A DNA stretch of 64,000 nucleotides from Octopus vulgaris (lineage: Eukaryota). Both the position numbers and the translations under genes were made by a program. The DNA is taken from NCBI GenBank assembly GCA_951406725.2, contig OX597817.1, forward strand, positions 18,228,001 through 18,292,000, given 5' to 3'. The first letter of the stretch is position 1. Each line of letters begins with the position of its first letter. Positions 1-13,002 of this stretch are shown here, piece by piece. Below the pieces are notes generated by a model. The model saw nothing but the letters and a program-made list of their open reading frames with translations, did no database searches and was not told the DNA's origin.

Positions 1-551
1 GAAACACAACTGTTTGTCTTGTAATTGTAATATTTGTTTACAAAGCTTTTAGTCTCAAATATAAAAGCTTATGGCGACTTCAAGTCACACAAATGATATC
101 TCAGTGAAACGTTTCGTAGATAGAAGTAAACAAAAGAAACTTCCGAAAGAAATGAGCTTGTGAAAAATAATGTGAGAATTTAGCGTATGTGTGTACACGC
201 GCACGCGCGCCAAAATGTGTGTTAAATGATCAACAATGATAGTAAATACAAAGGAAGTTTATGCTTTCCAGAATATCTCTTAGGTCAAGGCTGGCATAGA
301 GAAAAACAACAATAAACATTTAGTGAAGTGAATTTATCTATTTAAGCGTACTGCAATAGTAAAAAAAAAAATGTCTTGCATTGCTAATACAATGAGTTCA
401 AGTGTGGAGATAGAAATGTATTTCGAGGATAGAAGGTATTGCATATTTATGTATTTTATGATTTCAAAATATTAAAAAATCATCAAGTGGAAAATTTTTA
501 AAGTACACTTGTAAAGGCAAATATGAAATATATTCTTATGCATACATGTAG

Positions 552-596
<45 letters not shown>

Positions 597-603
597 TATA
601 TAT

Positions 604-668
<65 letters not shown>

Positions 669-682
669 TATTTATATAATAT

Positions 683-987
683 ATATAAATTTGAGAAAAA
701 CCACGATTATGCAATTCAAACAATGATAGACATAAGCCATATCATAAATAAAAAATAAAATATATTTCAAAATATATAACTAAATCACAAAAAGTACAAA
801 AATGAATAAACAATATATAATAAGTATTATATTACTTGTTATATACTTATTATATATTGTTTATTAATTTTTGTACTTTTCGTGATCTAGTTATATGTTT
901 TAAAATATATTTTATTTTTTATTTATGATTTCGTTTATGTCCATCATTGTTTGAATTGCATAATGGTGGTTTTTCTCTAATTTATAT
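683..987. repeat. Long imperfect AT-rich inverted repeat (palindrome/foldback), ~145-bp arms, ~15-nt loop
   Basis: Left arm atataaatttgagaaaaaccacgattatgcaattcaaacaatga...ataagtat is the reverse complement, with scattered mismatches, of atacttat...tcattgtttgaattgcataatggtggtttttctctaatttatat. Confidence 0.9.
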
Positions 988-1005
988 CTTTTATATATCT
1001 ATATA

Positions 1006-1381
1006 GGCGCAGGAGTGGCTGTGTGGTAAGTAGCTTGCTTACAAACTACATGGTTCTGGGTTCAGTCCCACTGCGTGGCACCTTGGGCAAGTGTCTCATA
1101 CTATAGCCTCGGGCCGACCAAAGCCTTGTGAGTGGATTTGGCAGACGGAAACTGAAAGAAGCCCATCGTATATATGTATATGTATATCTATATGTGTGTG
1201 TGTTTTTGTGTCCGTGTTTGTCCCCCAACATCGCTTGACAACCGATGGCAGTGTGTTTACATCCCCGTAACTTAGCGGCTCGGCAAAAGAGACAGATAGA
1301 ATAAGTCCTGGGGTCGATTCGATCGACTAAAGGCAGTGCTCCAGCATGGCCACAGTCACATGACTGAAACAAGTAAAAGAG
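1006..1381 (+). mobile_element. SINE family A (tRNA-like head, internal TA/TG microsatellite, gaaacaagtaaaaga tail)
   Basis: A-box-like gtggctgtgtggtaag, B-box-like gggttcagtccc, CORE-like ccttgggcaagtg; homologous copies at 46610, 50115, 57798, 60110, 43000. Confidence 0.85.
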
Positions 1382-1464
1382 AGAAAAAGAGAAAGAGATA
1401 TTGTGAAATTTGATTTAATACTAAATTGAATTTTCCCTGTAAGTTTGGAGTTATACTCCCTAAT

Positions 1465-1524
<60 letters not shown>

Positions 1525-1547
1525 CCTATACGTGTATACATACATAC

Positions 1548-1587
<40 letters not shown>

Positions 1588-1612
1588 TGTATATATACAT
1601 TTACATATATAT

Positions 1613-2365
<753 letters not shown>

Positions 2366-4093
2366 CAATAGTCATAACAGTAGAAAATATAGAGACTGGT
2401 ACATCCTCAACCTTTATTTCCTTTTATTATTCGTCATACACTATATTTTTGTGGTTACGACGACCTACACGCAGGGTATGGGCAGTTGCATATGCAACCA
2501 GACATAATTTTCTGTGCGGCTTCCTTCAGGGTCTTTCAGCCAGCTTAACCAAGCTGGTTGAAAGACGCTGAATGTATTGAAAACCGTGAACTATGAAATA
2601 AAGTGTTTTCAGCTTATCGAATTTCGATATGAGAAAATGTACAACCTTCTACGCCTATAAACAACTATTGTTCCTGAAAGTTGTCTTTTTATAACTTTTA
2701 CAGGCTGATCGAAGCTTACTAACTTCCTACGTCTGGATCCTGGGATCTTACATTTACATATCATTATATATATATATGTCCATGCGCATAAACATACGCA
2801 TGTATGTATCATGTTGAAAAGTAAGTCCTATCGCATTTCAAGAAAAGACATAAACAAATGGTTTTTAGGTTTTATTTGATATATTTAATCAAGTCAATAT
2901 TCCCCTCATTATTGATAGCATAATCCCATCTATTTGGTAAATTGTTGATCTCTCGGGCATAAAATTATTTAGGTTTCGAAGGAAAGAAACACGCAATATC
3001 ATTTTTAACCTCTTCACAAATTGATAAGCAGTTTTCCTTGTAAAAAAATGTTGCTATGATCTGAAAAGATGATAGTCAGATTGTGCAAGGTCATGAGAGC
3101 AAGTAAGACGAAGAAAAAAATTGTCATATAAAGTGTCATAATATTTTCTTAAATGGCAATATTTTCTTCAGCGATATTGCATTGTCGTATAAGAGCAATA
3201 TTCCTTTAAGATTGACTAACGATGGATGCTATTCAAATTTTTGTGTAAACTACCCAAAGAATGTCTAAGCCAAGTTCAACCTTCCGTAGACTCCAGCACA
3301 AACTCTAGAAAGGTCATGGCATCTGCATGGCAACAAGGTGTGCCGGGCAGTAGTGCCTACTTCTCTTCTATATGGTTTGTAAAAACATGGACACACAATA
3401 GTCGCTATATTAAGGCAAGACACATTCCATTTCTACTACTTTCGTTTAACTTGCAACATCAAGTGGTCGGAAAAATTTCCCCAATGCGTGCAAAATGTGA
3501 CATTCTAGATATAGAAAGCCTCCTTATTATAGCGCAATTGAAGTAGGTTGGCCCATGTGGTACGCATAGAAGATAATCACTCGCTTAAAGTCATCTTCGA
3601 TGTTAGGACATTGGCCTCATGATCGTCAGACTCGTGGTTCAGTCCCTGGTAGGGTGACCCATCATGCCTTTGAGTAAAGCTCTTCATGTTACTCCAGTGT
3701 ATTCAGCTGAAGATGAGAGAGGGCTACACCCTCATTCGACTGGTACAACTCCTTTCTACCTCCATTTGTCACATCCTCGATGTTCCGCAGGGTTATGAGC
3801 AGAAGGGCCGAGGTGGGGTGTCTGTGTCAGCCCTGTACTCACAGTCACCTAAAATAACAATGACATTCAGAAGAAAAAAAAAGACAAAGCAGTCTGGTGG
3901 AAAATATTCAGTAAAATGAATGGAATAAAATGCAACATCTGTGATTTTTGTGTGTGTATATGCGCATGTATCTGCTTGTGCATGTTTGCACGAAACTACG
4001 GATGTATGAGGATATATACATGTATGCAAACACATACAAACATACGTATACGTATACAAACAAGCACAACAAATACATACACATACAAATGTA

Positions 4094-4207
<114 letters not shown>

Positions 4208-4279
4208 CATACATATAATACATATATATACGCGCATACATACACACATGCATACATATGTATTTGCATATAAAAAAAA

Positions 4280-4598
4280 GAGCACTCCGTCGGTTACGAC
4301 GACGAGGGCCCCAGCTGATACGATCAACGGAACAGCCTGTTCGTGAAATTATCGTGCATGTGTCTGAGCAATCCATAGACACGCGTACTCCCAACGTAAT
4401 TCTCAGGGAGATTCAGCGTGACCCAGAGTGTGACAAGGCCGGCCCTTTGAAATACAGGTACATCTCATTTTTGCCAGCTAAGTTGTTGACTGGAGCAACG
4501 TGAAATAAAGTGTCTTGCTCAAGGACACAACGCGTCACCGGTAATCGAACTCACGACCTTACAAACGTGAGCCGAATGCCCTAACCACTTAGCCACGC
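4280..4598 (-). mobile_element. SINE family C (tRNA head, ccttgagcaagacactttatttcacgttgctccag core, gtcgtcgtaaccgacggagtgc tail)
   Basis: Minus-strand gtggttagggcattcggctcac...gagttcgattacc; the 3' half matches 10120-10286. Confidence 0.8.
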
Positions 4599-5366
4599 AT
4601 TTGTATGAAATATGCGTATATTTGCGTATTTGTATATTTGTACGCATCCGCATGTATTATCCAGCAGGGTGCAACGATTCTGATTTAATGAAACAAAGCG
4701 CTTCGTCCTGTTATTTACACAAGCTTTTCACACAACATGTTCCAAATGTAGGAATGGAACATGAGGGAAATAAAGAAAATGGAAATAGAAATGAATGTAG
4801 AAGAGATAGAAAATATGAATGTTTTCGCTTTAATTGTCTTCTAATACGTACGTTGATGAAACCGGTTTCACGTCATTCCGCCGCAGGCAATTCTTTATTC
4901 CAGCAACTTAGCATCAACACATTTCTGTATCCACAACTCAATCTGTTGATTGCTGAATTAATAAACCCCAACGGTTCTGTTATCGAAATTTCCGTATAGT
5001 TTTCATTGCCAGTATCTTCACGCGACTTCCCGAGTTTCTAGAGTTACTGATGTGACGTCATTACCGCTTTAGTTCCAGCATATTCTATTGTTGAGAGGAG
5101 CAGAGAATACATGCATGATACAATCGAAATTAGAATATTTGAATTCCAACTGGAAAAGAGTTTTTCGATGACCATGGAAAGAATAAAATATGCATAACTT
5201 GCGAAAGTATGCATTATGCGCGAAAGCATGAAAAAACCCATTATGTGCTGGACAGGAAATGTGTAAACTTTATGTATGTATATGCCCCAAACTATAGCAC
5301 TGTATTTATTCCATCGTTTACTGCCTAGTATTTTGATTCATAATGACTTGAGCATATAAATTTTTG

Positions 5367-5475
<109 letters not shown>

Positions 5476-5477
5476 CT

Positions 5478-5700
5478 AGTTAATCCAAACAAGAAAGCAC
5501 AAAAAAAAAAAACACAACAACGCGAGGACGTGGAACAAATATAGTATTATTGGACGCTCAGGAAAGAAGGAAAGAAGGAGGGTTTAACGTTTCGAGCGGA
5601 GCTCTTCGTCAAAAACATAGGAGAAGGAAAGATCCAGAGAAGGGAAGACAGAGGAAAAAAAATCGCCAACGGTACACACGAGGTCACATTTTGAAAAAAA
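5478..5700 (-). mobile_element. Short dispersed repeat F (Penelope-like terminal repeat or retrozyme-like) carrying a hammerhead core
   Basis: Homologous in reverse orientation to 57070-57290 (caaaatgt..., ccacg.cctcgcgttgttg, ggattaact); flanked on both sides by (TATC)n. Confidence 0.65.
5582..5616 (-). ncRNA. Minimal type-I hammerhead ribozyme motif (C3>U variant)
   Basis: gttt-TTGACGA-a-GAGC-tcc-GCTC-GAAA-CGTT-aaac: stem I gttt/aaac, stem II GAGC/GCTC, palindromic ACGU stem III. Confidence 0.6.
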
Positions 5701-5702
5701 GG

Positions 5703-5773
<71 letters not shown>

Positions 5774-5879
5774 GATACACAGAAACGCCCTCTATATCTC
5801 AGTCTTTTAACCGCTTTCTCCTTCCCTCCCGCTCTTTCTCTCTCTCTCTATATATATATTGCAATAATTATATACATAA

Positions 5880-6394
5880 CTAGCAGTATCGCCCGGCGTT
5901 GCTCGGGTTTGTAAGGGAAATAACTATATAAGCATTTTTAGAGAGTTACTTCCCTTATAGATGCCAATTCGGGCTTTCTTAGCCATTTCTGTTTTGGTGT
6001 CTTCAAGCCATGAAGTCGTTGTTCTAAAAGAACGCTGGTCTCCTTGACAACGCATTACGACGTTGATTTCCTTACACTCCCTTCCCCACAGCTTCACGAG
6101 GGAGGGAAGAAGGGGGAGAAGCACACACAGGTGCAGGTGTGACCATGGACGCCAACTCCGCCGCCATCGACACACGAAAAATTATGCATTAAAATGGAAT
6201 AAAAAATGATGTTAAATTATTTTTAAAATCGTAGACTCATCGTAGACGCGCGCTAATAGCCAGACGGGCTCGATATGAATCACGACTATAAGATACCCGA
6301 ATTTGGTTAAACTGCACCGCAAAATGTGGGAGTAGTTAGGAATCTAAATCGAAGGGGACAGACACTCACACAACTACAGTTTTATATATATAGA
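5880..6394 (-). mobile_element. Non-autonomous Helitron, copy 1
   Basis: Minus strand A|TCtatatat...subterminal hairpin cccgagcaacgccggg...CTAG|T: canonical TC/CTRR ends, AT target, no TSD. Confidence 0.85.
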
Positions 6395-6513
6395 TTATAA
6401 CAAGGGGTTGTCTATAAACCTCTCCATGCGCTGTAAAATTTACCTATAAGGTTTTTATTTTCGCGCTGAACCCCTGGTATAATCACTTATGATTTTTACG
6501 CTTTATTATAATA

Positions 6514-7025
6514 CTAGTAGTATCGCCCGGCGTTGCTCGGGTTTGTAAGGGAAATAACTATATAAGCATTTTTAGAGAGTTACTTCCCTTATAGATGCCA
6601 ATTCGGGCTTTCTTAGCCATTTCTGTTTTGGTGTCTTCAAGCCATGAAGGCGTTGTTCTAAAAGAACGCTGGTCTCCTTGACAACGCTTTACGACGTTGA
6701 TTTCCTTACACTCCCTTCCCCACAGCTTCACGAGGGAGGGAAGAAGGGGAGAAGCAAACAGGTGCAGGTGTGACCATGGACGCCAACTCCGCCGCCATCG
6801 ACACACGAAAAATTATGCATTAAAATGGAATAAAAAATGATGTTAAATTATTTTTAAAATCGTAGACTCATCGTAGACGCGCGCTAATACCCAGACGGGC
6901 TCGATATCAATCACAACTATAAGATACCCGAATTTGGTTAAACTGCACCGCAAAATGTGGGAGTAGTTAGGAATCTAAATCGAAGGGGACAGACACTCAC
7001 ACAACTACAGTTTTATATATATAGA
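6514..7025 (-). mobile_element. Non-autonomous Helitron, copy 2 (near-identical to copy 1)
   Basis: Same termini and hairpin; differs from 5880-6394 by only a few substitutions and small indels. Confidence 0.85.
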
Positions 7026-7310
7026 TATACATGCATGCATACTTGCATACGCACACACACACATTTGGTGAGTGGACAAAGGAAAGAAAGAGACATTTAG
7101 TACATACATTATTGTATATCATGCGGCTAACTATGCCTGACGAGCTAGGTTTCTGTAAGAATCCTAGAAAATTTAAGCCATACAGGGCCGAATCAAACTA
7201 TGTGTGAACAACAACAACAACAATAATATATACTTGCCTACATACTTGCATACACAGACACACGTAACTGTGATTGAAGTTTGAATGGAATTATATATAT
7301 ACACATATAC

Positions 7311-7350
<40 letters not shown>

Positions 7351-7483
7351 GTATACATATATATATATATATACATATGTATGTATATGCACACACATAC
7401 ATATATATATAAACGCACATACACAGACATGCACATATATATCATAATATATATATATATATATATATTACATATCAAATACA

Positions 7484-7533
<50 letters not shown>

Positions 7534-7570
7534 CATCTATTTCTCTGTATTATTTTATATATATATAATA

Positions 7571-7625
<55 letters not shown>

Positions 7626-7681
7626 GTGTGTGTGTATGCATATGTATATATACACACACACACACGCACATAGAAACATAT

Positions 7682-7738
<57 letters not shown>

Positions 7739-8470
7739 TGGGATAGAGACAGGAAGAGAGATTGATAGAGGCAAGAATATGTAGTTCGTAATAACATTTA
7801 TTTCTGACCGAGCCTCGTTTCTACATGATTATTGCTGTAATGAAAGCAATAACAATGATTTTTATAAGTTAAATTTATCACAGTGTAGGTTAAAATAAAT
7901 CGTCGAAAGCCAATATTGATTTTCTTGCATAAACAAATCATTCTGTTACCAATCGGTTATTTAAAATTGCTATAACAGTGAGTTTAATTAAATTTCACTG
8001 TGTTGCCTATGAAATACGAAACACTTCTTTTTTGTAAATATATAAAACCTTTATGAAATGCCCATTTTATATATAGCAGTCTGACATGAAGTCAATTTGG
8101 TAATATTTATCTAAACGAATGGGGGTTAGGGATGGGAGAATTTGTAAATTGCCGGACGGTAATGCTTTATTGTAGTCAGTTTAGCACACTTAAGACCTAG
8201 AGTTCAAACTTTACCCGTCGAATTTGTGGTTTAACGCACCAGAGTCGATAAAATAACAACTAAACAAGTATTGGGTTTCACAAGGAAAATAATGATGGGA
8301 AAAAAACAAAAGAGGGCTAAACTAAAATATTTTGGGTTCTATTTCGTTTAGATTTGCCCTACATGCTCTCGGAGTTAATAAAATAAGGGGCACTTGTTAG
8401 CTGTCGCCGTTGATTCAATCAGCCACAATTATAATCCTCAAAAATTAACTTTATACTTCACTAAAATATA

Positions 8471-9035
8471 TTGGATTGTCCGGAAAGTTCGTGCCAAATT
8501 TTAAAGGAAAGAAAAAGGTCAATAAATACTTACCATTACATTTTTAATCAACCAAATATGAACCATTTTGTTGCACAATGCGTCTTCATCTTTCCTTTAA
8601 CTTGAAAATACCCCCTTCCCAGAATTGAGGTGGTTTCATGGCAAAAAATTCATCAAGGTATCTTTTTATGTCATCTAAGGAATTGAAATTTTTACCATTG
8701 AAACTATTCTGCAGAGACCTGAATAAGTGGAAATCCGAAGGAGCAATATCTGGTGAATATGGAGGGTGGGTAACACATCCCAGCCGAGCTGCAGCAATTT
8801 TTGTCTGGTTCCCAAAGCATCAAGTGCCGAAAACGAATTTTCTTATCTTCCATTTTAAAGGGTTACAGAATTAACACAGGTTATAGGAACATAAACCTTC
8901 TTCCACGAAAAGATAGCTTAAACTGTGCTCTAAATGGAGGTGTAGTCAAATCCTATTTTATGGACTCAACTATGTTCTAAAATAAGTCAAAAGGTAAGCT
9001 ACTATATATCGGCATGAACTTTCCAGACAACCTAA
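8471..9035 (-). mobile_element. Internally deleted mariner (Tc1/mariner) transposon
   Basis: TA-flanked TIRs ttggattgtccggaaagttcgtgcc / ggcatgaactttccagacaacctaa; minus strand has MEDKKIRFRHLMLWE joined to TRQKLLQLGWDVL..HPPYSPDIAPSDFHLFRSLQN..NGSYLVD*, with a frameshift and a stop. Confidence 0.9.
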
Positions 9036-9059
9036 TATTTCCTCCAAGATAAACTAATT

Positions 9060-9480
9060 TACTTAGGTGTTGTGGTAATGAGAATATATTTTACATACAA
9101 TTCTGACACTTCAGCTGAAATATTTCGAGCATTTTTGAGATGTTGCCAGTATGGATCCATGTCTCAGATGCATATAACAGGGATGTGATAATGCACGCAT
9201 CATAAGTGAAAAGCTTGGCGAACAAGTTTAAGCATCTAATTGACCGGACTCGCTACTTCAGAATTCCAAATACAATTGAATCCTTTACATTTCTCAAGTT
9301 GACTTCAGAGCCCAGGGATCCCTAAACAATTCAGTCCAAATAGCTTATCTGTTGTACGATAGCAATCACAATTGCAAAGTATAAGGCAGAAAAAAGTTAT
9401 CGCAAGTATATCACCATGTTTAACACTATTGTCCATTTGAATAAACTCCAATAAAATATAATTTGTGATGAAGTAGGCCT
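9060..9480 (-). mobile_element. Old RTE-clade LINE ORF2 remnant
   Basis: Minus-strand translation AKLFTYDACIITSLLYASETWIHTGNISKMLEIFQLKC matches the RTE LLYGSETW motif. Confidence 0.65.
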
Positions 9481-9489
9481 TCATAGTCG

Positions 9490-10510
9490 CATGTAGTTTC
9501 TGTCTCTATTTATGCATGTTCTCTTCTGTTTTTAATTATTTAAATTCTTCTACGAAGGCAGGAGCTGGTTTCTAACAAAGATATAAAGCCCCGTCGTTAG
9601 TATGTAGAAAACAAAAAATAATGTCACATTTTAAACTTCAGAGAAGTCTTGCATATTTTTACTGTTCCACTTACACATTGTATTTGTAATGTGCGAGTTG
9701 GTTGGTTTCTTTTTCTGAAAACCCTAGCTTATCCAGGTTGTTACTTATGCGTTTACTCACAAAATCTAGTGCACCAATTATTATTGGCATAAATGTAAAT
9801 CTATTATCTGGATGGAGAAGTTTGAGGTTTCGAAGCAGCTGTCCATAATTATCCTCTGTCTCTTTGATTTTCAAAGAGATATTCACATCAGCAAGACAGC
9901 CGACCCCTATGACGGTACATACTTTTTCTTGTCTCAGCGGACTCGCGGTCATAGGATCGCGGTTTCGATTCCCAGACCGGGTGTTGTGAGTGTTTATTGA
10001 GCGAAAACACCTAAAAGCTCCACGAGACTCCGGCAGGGATGGTGGTGATCCCTGCTGTACTCCTCCACCACAACTTTCTGTCGCTCTTACTTCCTGTTTC
10101 TGTTGTATCTGTATTTCAAAGGGCCGGCCTTGTCACTCTCTGTGTCACGCTGAATATCCCCGAGAACTACGTTAAGGGTACACGTGTCTGTAGAGTGCTC
10201 AGCCACTTACCCGTTAATTTCACGAGCAGGCTGTTCCGTTGATCGGATCAACCGGAACCCTCGTCGTCGTAACCGACGGAGTGCTTCCATCCATACAGCA
10301 ATATCCGGCCTATTATGTGTACACTTGACAGATGTTTTGATGGGAATGCCCCCCCAACCCACAATATCCCTTGTGCTGATATTTGTATACGTATTCAAAT
10401 ACGGGAATCTTCTATATTTATTCCAAAGCTATCTTTTTCTTCGGATGGCATTGTATATTGTCATGTCGCATACGGAGGTAGTACCTTGGCACTTTTAGCA
10501 GCTGCTAATC
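9490..10510 (-). mobile_element. 3' part of a LINE with restriction-like endonuclease (RLE family 2), interrupted by a SINE
   Basis: YYLRMRHD..., IPIKTSVKCTHNRPDIAVW | RQEKVCTVIGVGCLAD...YGQLLRNLKLLHPDNRFTFMPIIIGALD (RHD, PD..D and IGALG-type motifs). Confidence 0.75.
9935..10286 (+). mobile_element. SINE family C variant inserted in the RLE LINE
   Basis: gtttcgattcccagaccggg head; tail shared with 4280-4450; splits the LINE reading frame at PDIAVW/RQEK. Confidence 0.8.
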
Positions 10511-10602
10511 ATATGTGTGATGTCTTCCACAGAAATACGAATTAATTTACATTTACATGAGAGTAGATTGATATTAACTAGTAAAGTGAAGGCATTTATA
10601 TC

Positions 10603-10836
10603 TATTTCTTTACTACCCACAAGGGGCTAAACACAGAGAGGACAAACAAAGACAGACAAACGGATTAAGTCGATTACATCGACCCCAGTGCGAAACTGGT
10701 ACTTAATTTTAATCGACCACGAAAGGATGAAAAGCAAAGTCGACCTCGGCAGAATTTGAACTCAGAACGTAATGGCAGACAAAATACGGCTACGCATTTC
10801 GCCCGGTGTGCTAACGTTTCTGCCAGCTCGCCGCCT
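10603..10836 (-). mobile_element. SINE family B (ggcggcgagctggcaga head; gcctttcatcctttcggggtcgataaa..aagtaccag central domain)
   Basis: Full-length copy flanked by a probable TSD tttata(t/c)ctattt. Confidence 0.85.
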
Positions 10837-10967
10837 TTATACCTATTTATACCAATTACATTACATCATTAGATGCAGTTTTATTTGCAATCTAACTCTT
10901 TCTTTCTCCCTGCCTCTGTCTCCGTCTCACTGTGTCTCTGTCTTTCTATACATACACGCACACACAC

Positions 10968-11275
10968 ATGTATGTATGTATGTATGTATGTATGTATGTA
11001 TGTATGTATGTATGTATGTATGTATGTATGTATGCATGCATGCATGCATGTATGTATGCATGCATGCATGTATGTATGTATGTATGTATGTTTGTATGTA
11101 TGTATGTATGAATGTATGTATGTATGTATGCATGTATGTATGTATGTATGTATGTATGTATGTATGTATGTATGTATGTATGTATGTATGCATGCATGTA
11201 TGTATGTATGTATGTATGTATGTATGTATGTATGTATGTTTGTATGTATGTATGTATGAATGTATGTATGAATGT
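10968..11275. repeat. (TATG)n/(CATG)n tetranucleotide array
   Basis: Direct reading; source of the MYVC/IHTY ORFs. Confidence 0.95.
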
Positions 11276-12298
11276 ACACACACAAACACACACAAGCACA
11301 TTGATAACTATTTGTCTTACTAACCGAAGAAGATATGTTTCGCTGAAGGGGAAGAGGTCTTGAAATAAGTCAACCGCTTACAGAGCGATTGATCCATTTA
11401 TGACGTGCATATTTTCTATCATCAAACATTTCAATTCATTGTATTTGATGGAATTATCTCTGACAATCTCGACTCATCACATGAAAAAGCTGTACGTGGA
11501 TATAGATATATGAAATTGCTTAACATGTTCCTATCCGTGGACAAAAGCAACAATTTATTCGGTATGTGTAAGATGGTAAAAACCCATAAAAATATCAACG
11601 AACAATATTGTATGCAAGGACATAAATATACAAGCAAAACAAATAGTACTTACACATCGTAGTCAACAAAAATACATGCAATATACTCGAGCGTTAGAAA
11701 GTCTGCTCCGACAACAATCTGAAGTGTAGCCTAATCAACCCTGTAAAAAATGAACAAGGTCCTGTTAGCAAATACTAGACACATCTCCTCAAAGCTAAAG
11801 TCATCGAGAAAGACTAAATATATAGAAAAATACCATCTGATGTGGTGACAAATTACTTCAAGTAGATATACTTTAAAAACCAGAGAAAATTTGACATCGT
11901 AGATTTTAAGTAGCACTAAAGTTCACTGTGCAGTTTGTACTGAAACACACAACTTCGACGAGATAAGAACTTACCACACTCTAGACGTTCATTGTTATTT
12001 AACATCAACGAATGAGGAACAAAAGTGTACATGAAAACGTGTTAGAGTCTTTTGCGAGGTACTAGACAGTAGATAGACATATGACATGCAAGGCTATTTA
12101 TTCTATGTGGGCTACAACATGTAGACACTGTGCAGAAACGAAAATTCAACAGTTTTAAGGAGTAGAAAGGGAAAAATCCTAGCCGTCTTCATAAATTTCA
12201 TGTTAAAAGTTTTATTAGATCTACAAGCTTCTTGGATTCAATGATAAATCCATCACCAGATTCCTACGAAACCTATATAACCGCAACACATCAACCTC

Positions 12299-12425
<127 letters not shown>

Positions 12426-12454
12426 CATGTATGTATGTATATATGTATGTGTAT

Positions 12455-12760
12455 CATGCAGAATTGTAGGTGTTTGTTGCCCTGTCTACGTGAATGTTTT
12501 GTACAAAGTTGTCGAACAAAAACATCAATGGTGAACTAATACAGAACGTACAAATAAGAATCTATAGCTTGTATCCAGGCTATAGATTCTCATTTGTGCT
12601 TATTATCATAGATGTATACAGCAACAAATTTGCACAAAAGGCTGGACAATGTGGCGGTTTTCCAAGAAAGAAGCAAAACTACTCTCCTCTTCCATATCTA
12701 ATCGATTAATGTTACAGTGAAGGCTAGTAAAACATCGCAAAGGTTCTCCATTTGAATTTT
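12455..12760 (+). mobile_element. Degenerate RLE-LINE (family 2-like) C-terminal remnant
   Basis: GELIQNVQ..LYPGYRFSFVLIIID resembles GQLLRNLKLLHPDNRFTFMPIIIG at 9671-9952. Confidence 0.5.
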
Positions 12761-13002
12761 CTGCAGTGAACATATGTAGGTAGTCACACGAGTACATATG
12801 GTACCCCTACATCTATAAAGCTTAATGACACATATTCCCATACTAAAAAGGTATGTGCACACGTTGCATGACTGAACGTTTATCCACACAAACTCCTACG
12901 TTTAAGGACATACATATCCTCAAATGCCTGAAACTACCTAAACTCAAATAGAAAAAGATAATATTGTCATTTTGTTGTAAATCAGCTTCTGAAAATAACG
13001 TA

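Noticed and set aside
1006-1080. tRNA genes at SINE heads
   Set aside because: A/B boxes are present but no complete cloverleaf is seen, and they continue into SINE bodies
5924-6806. Duplicated 82-83-aa ORF (MCRWRRSWRPW...) as a tandem gene pair
   Set aside because: It lies inside two copies of a non-autonomous Helitron; no recognisable domain
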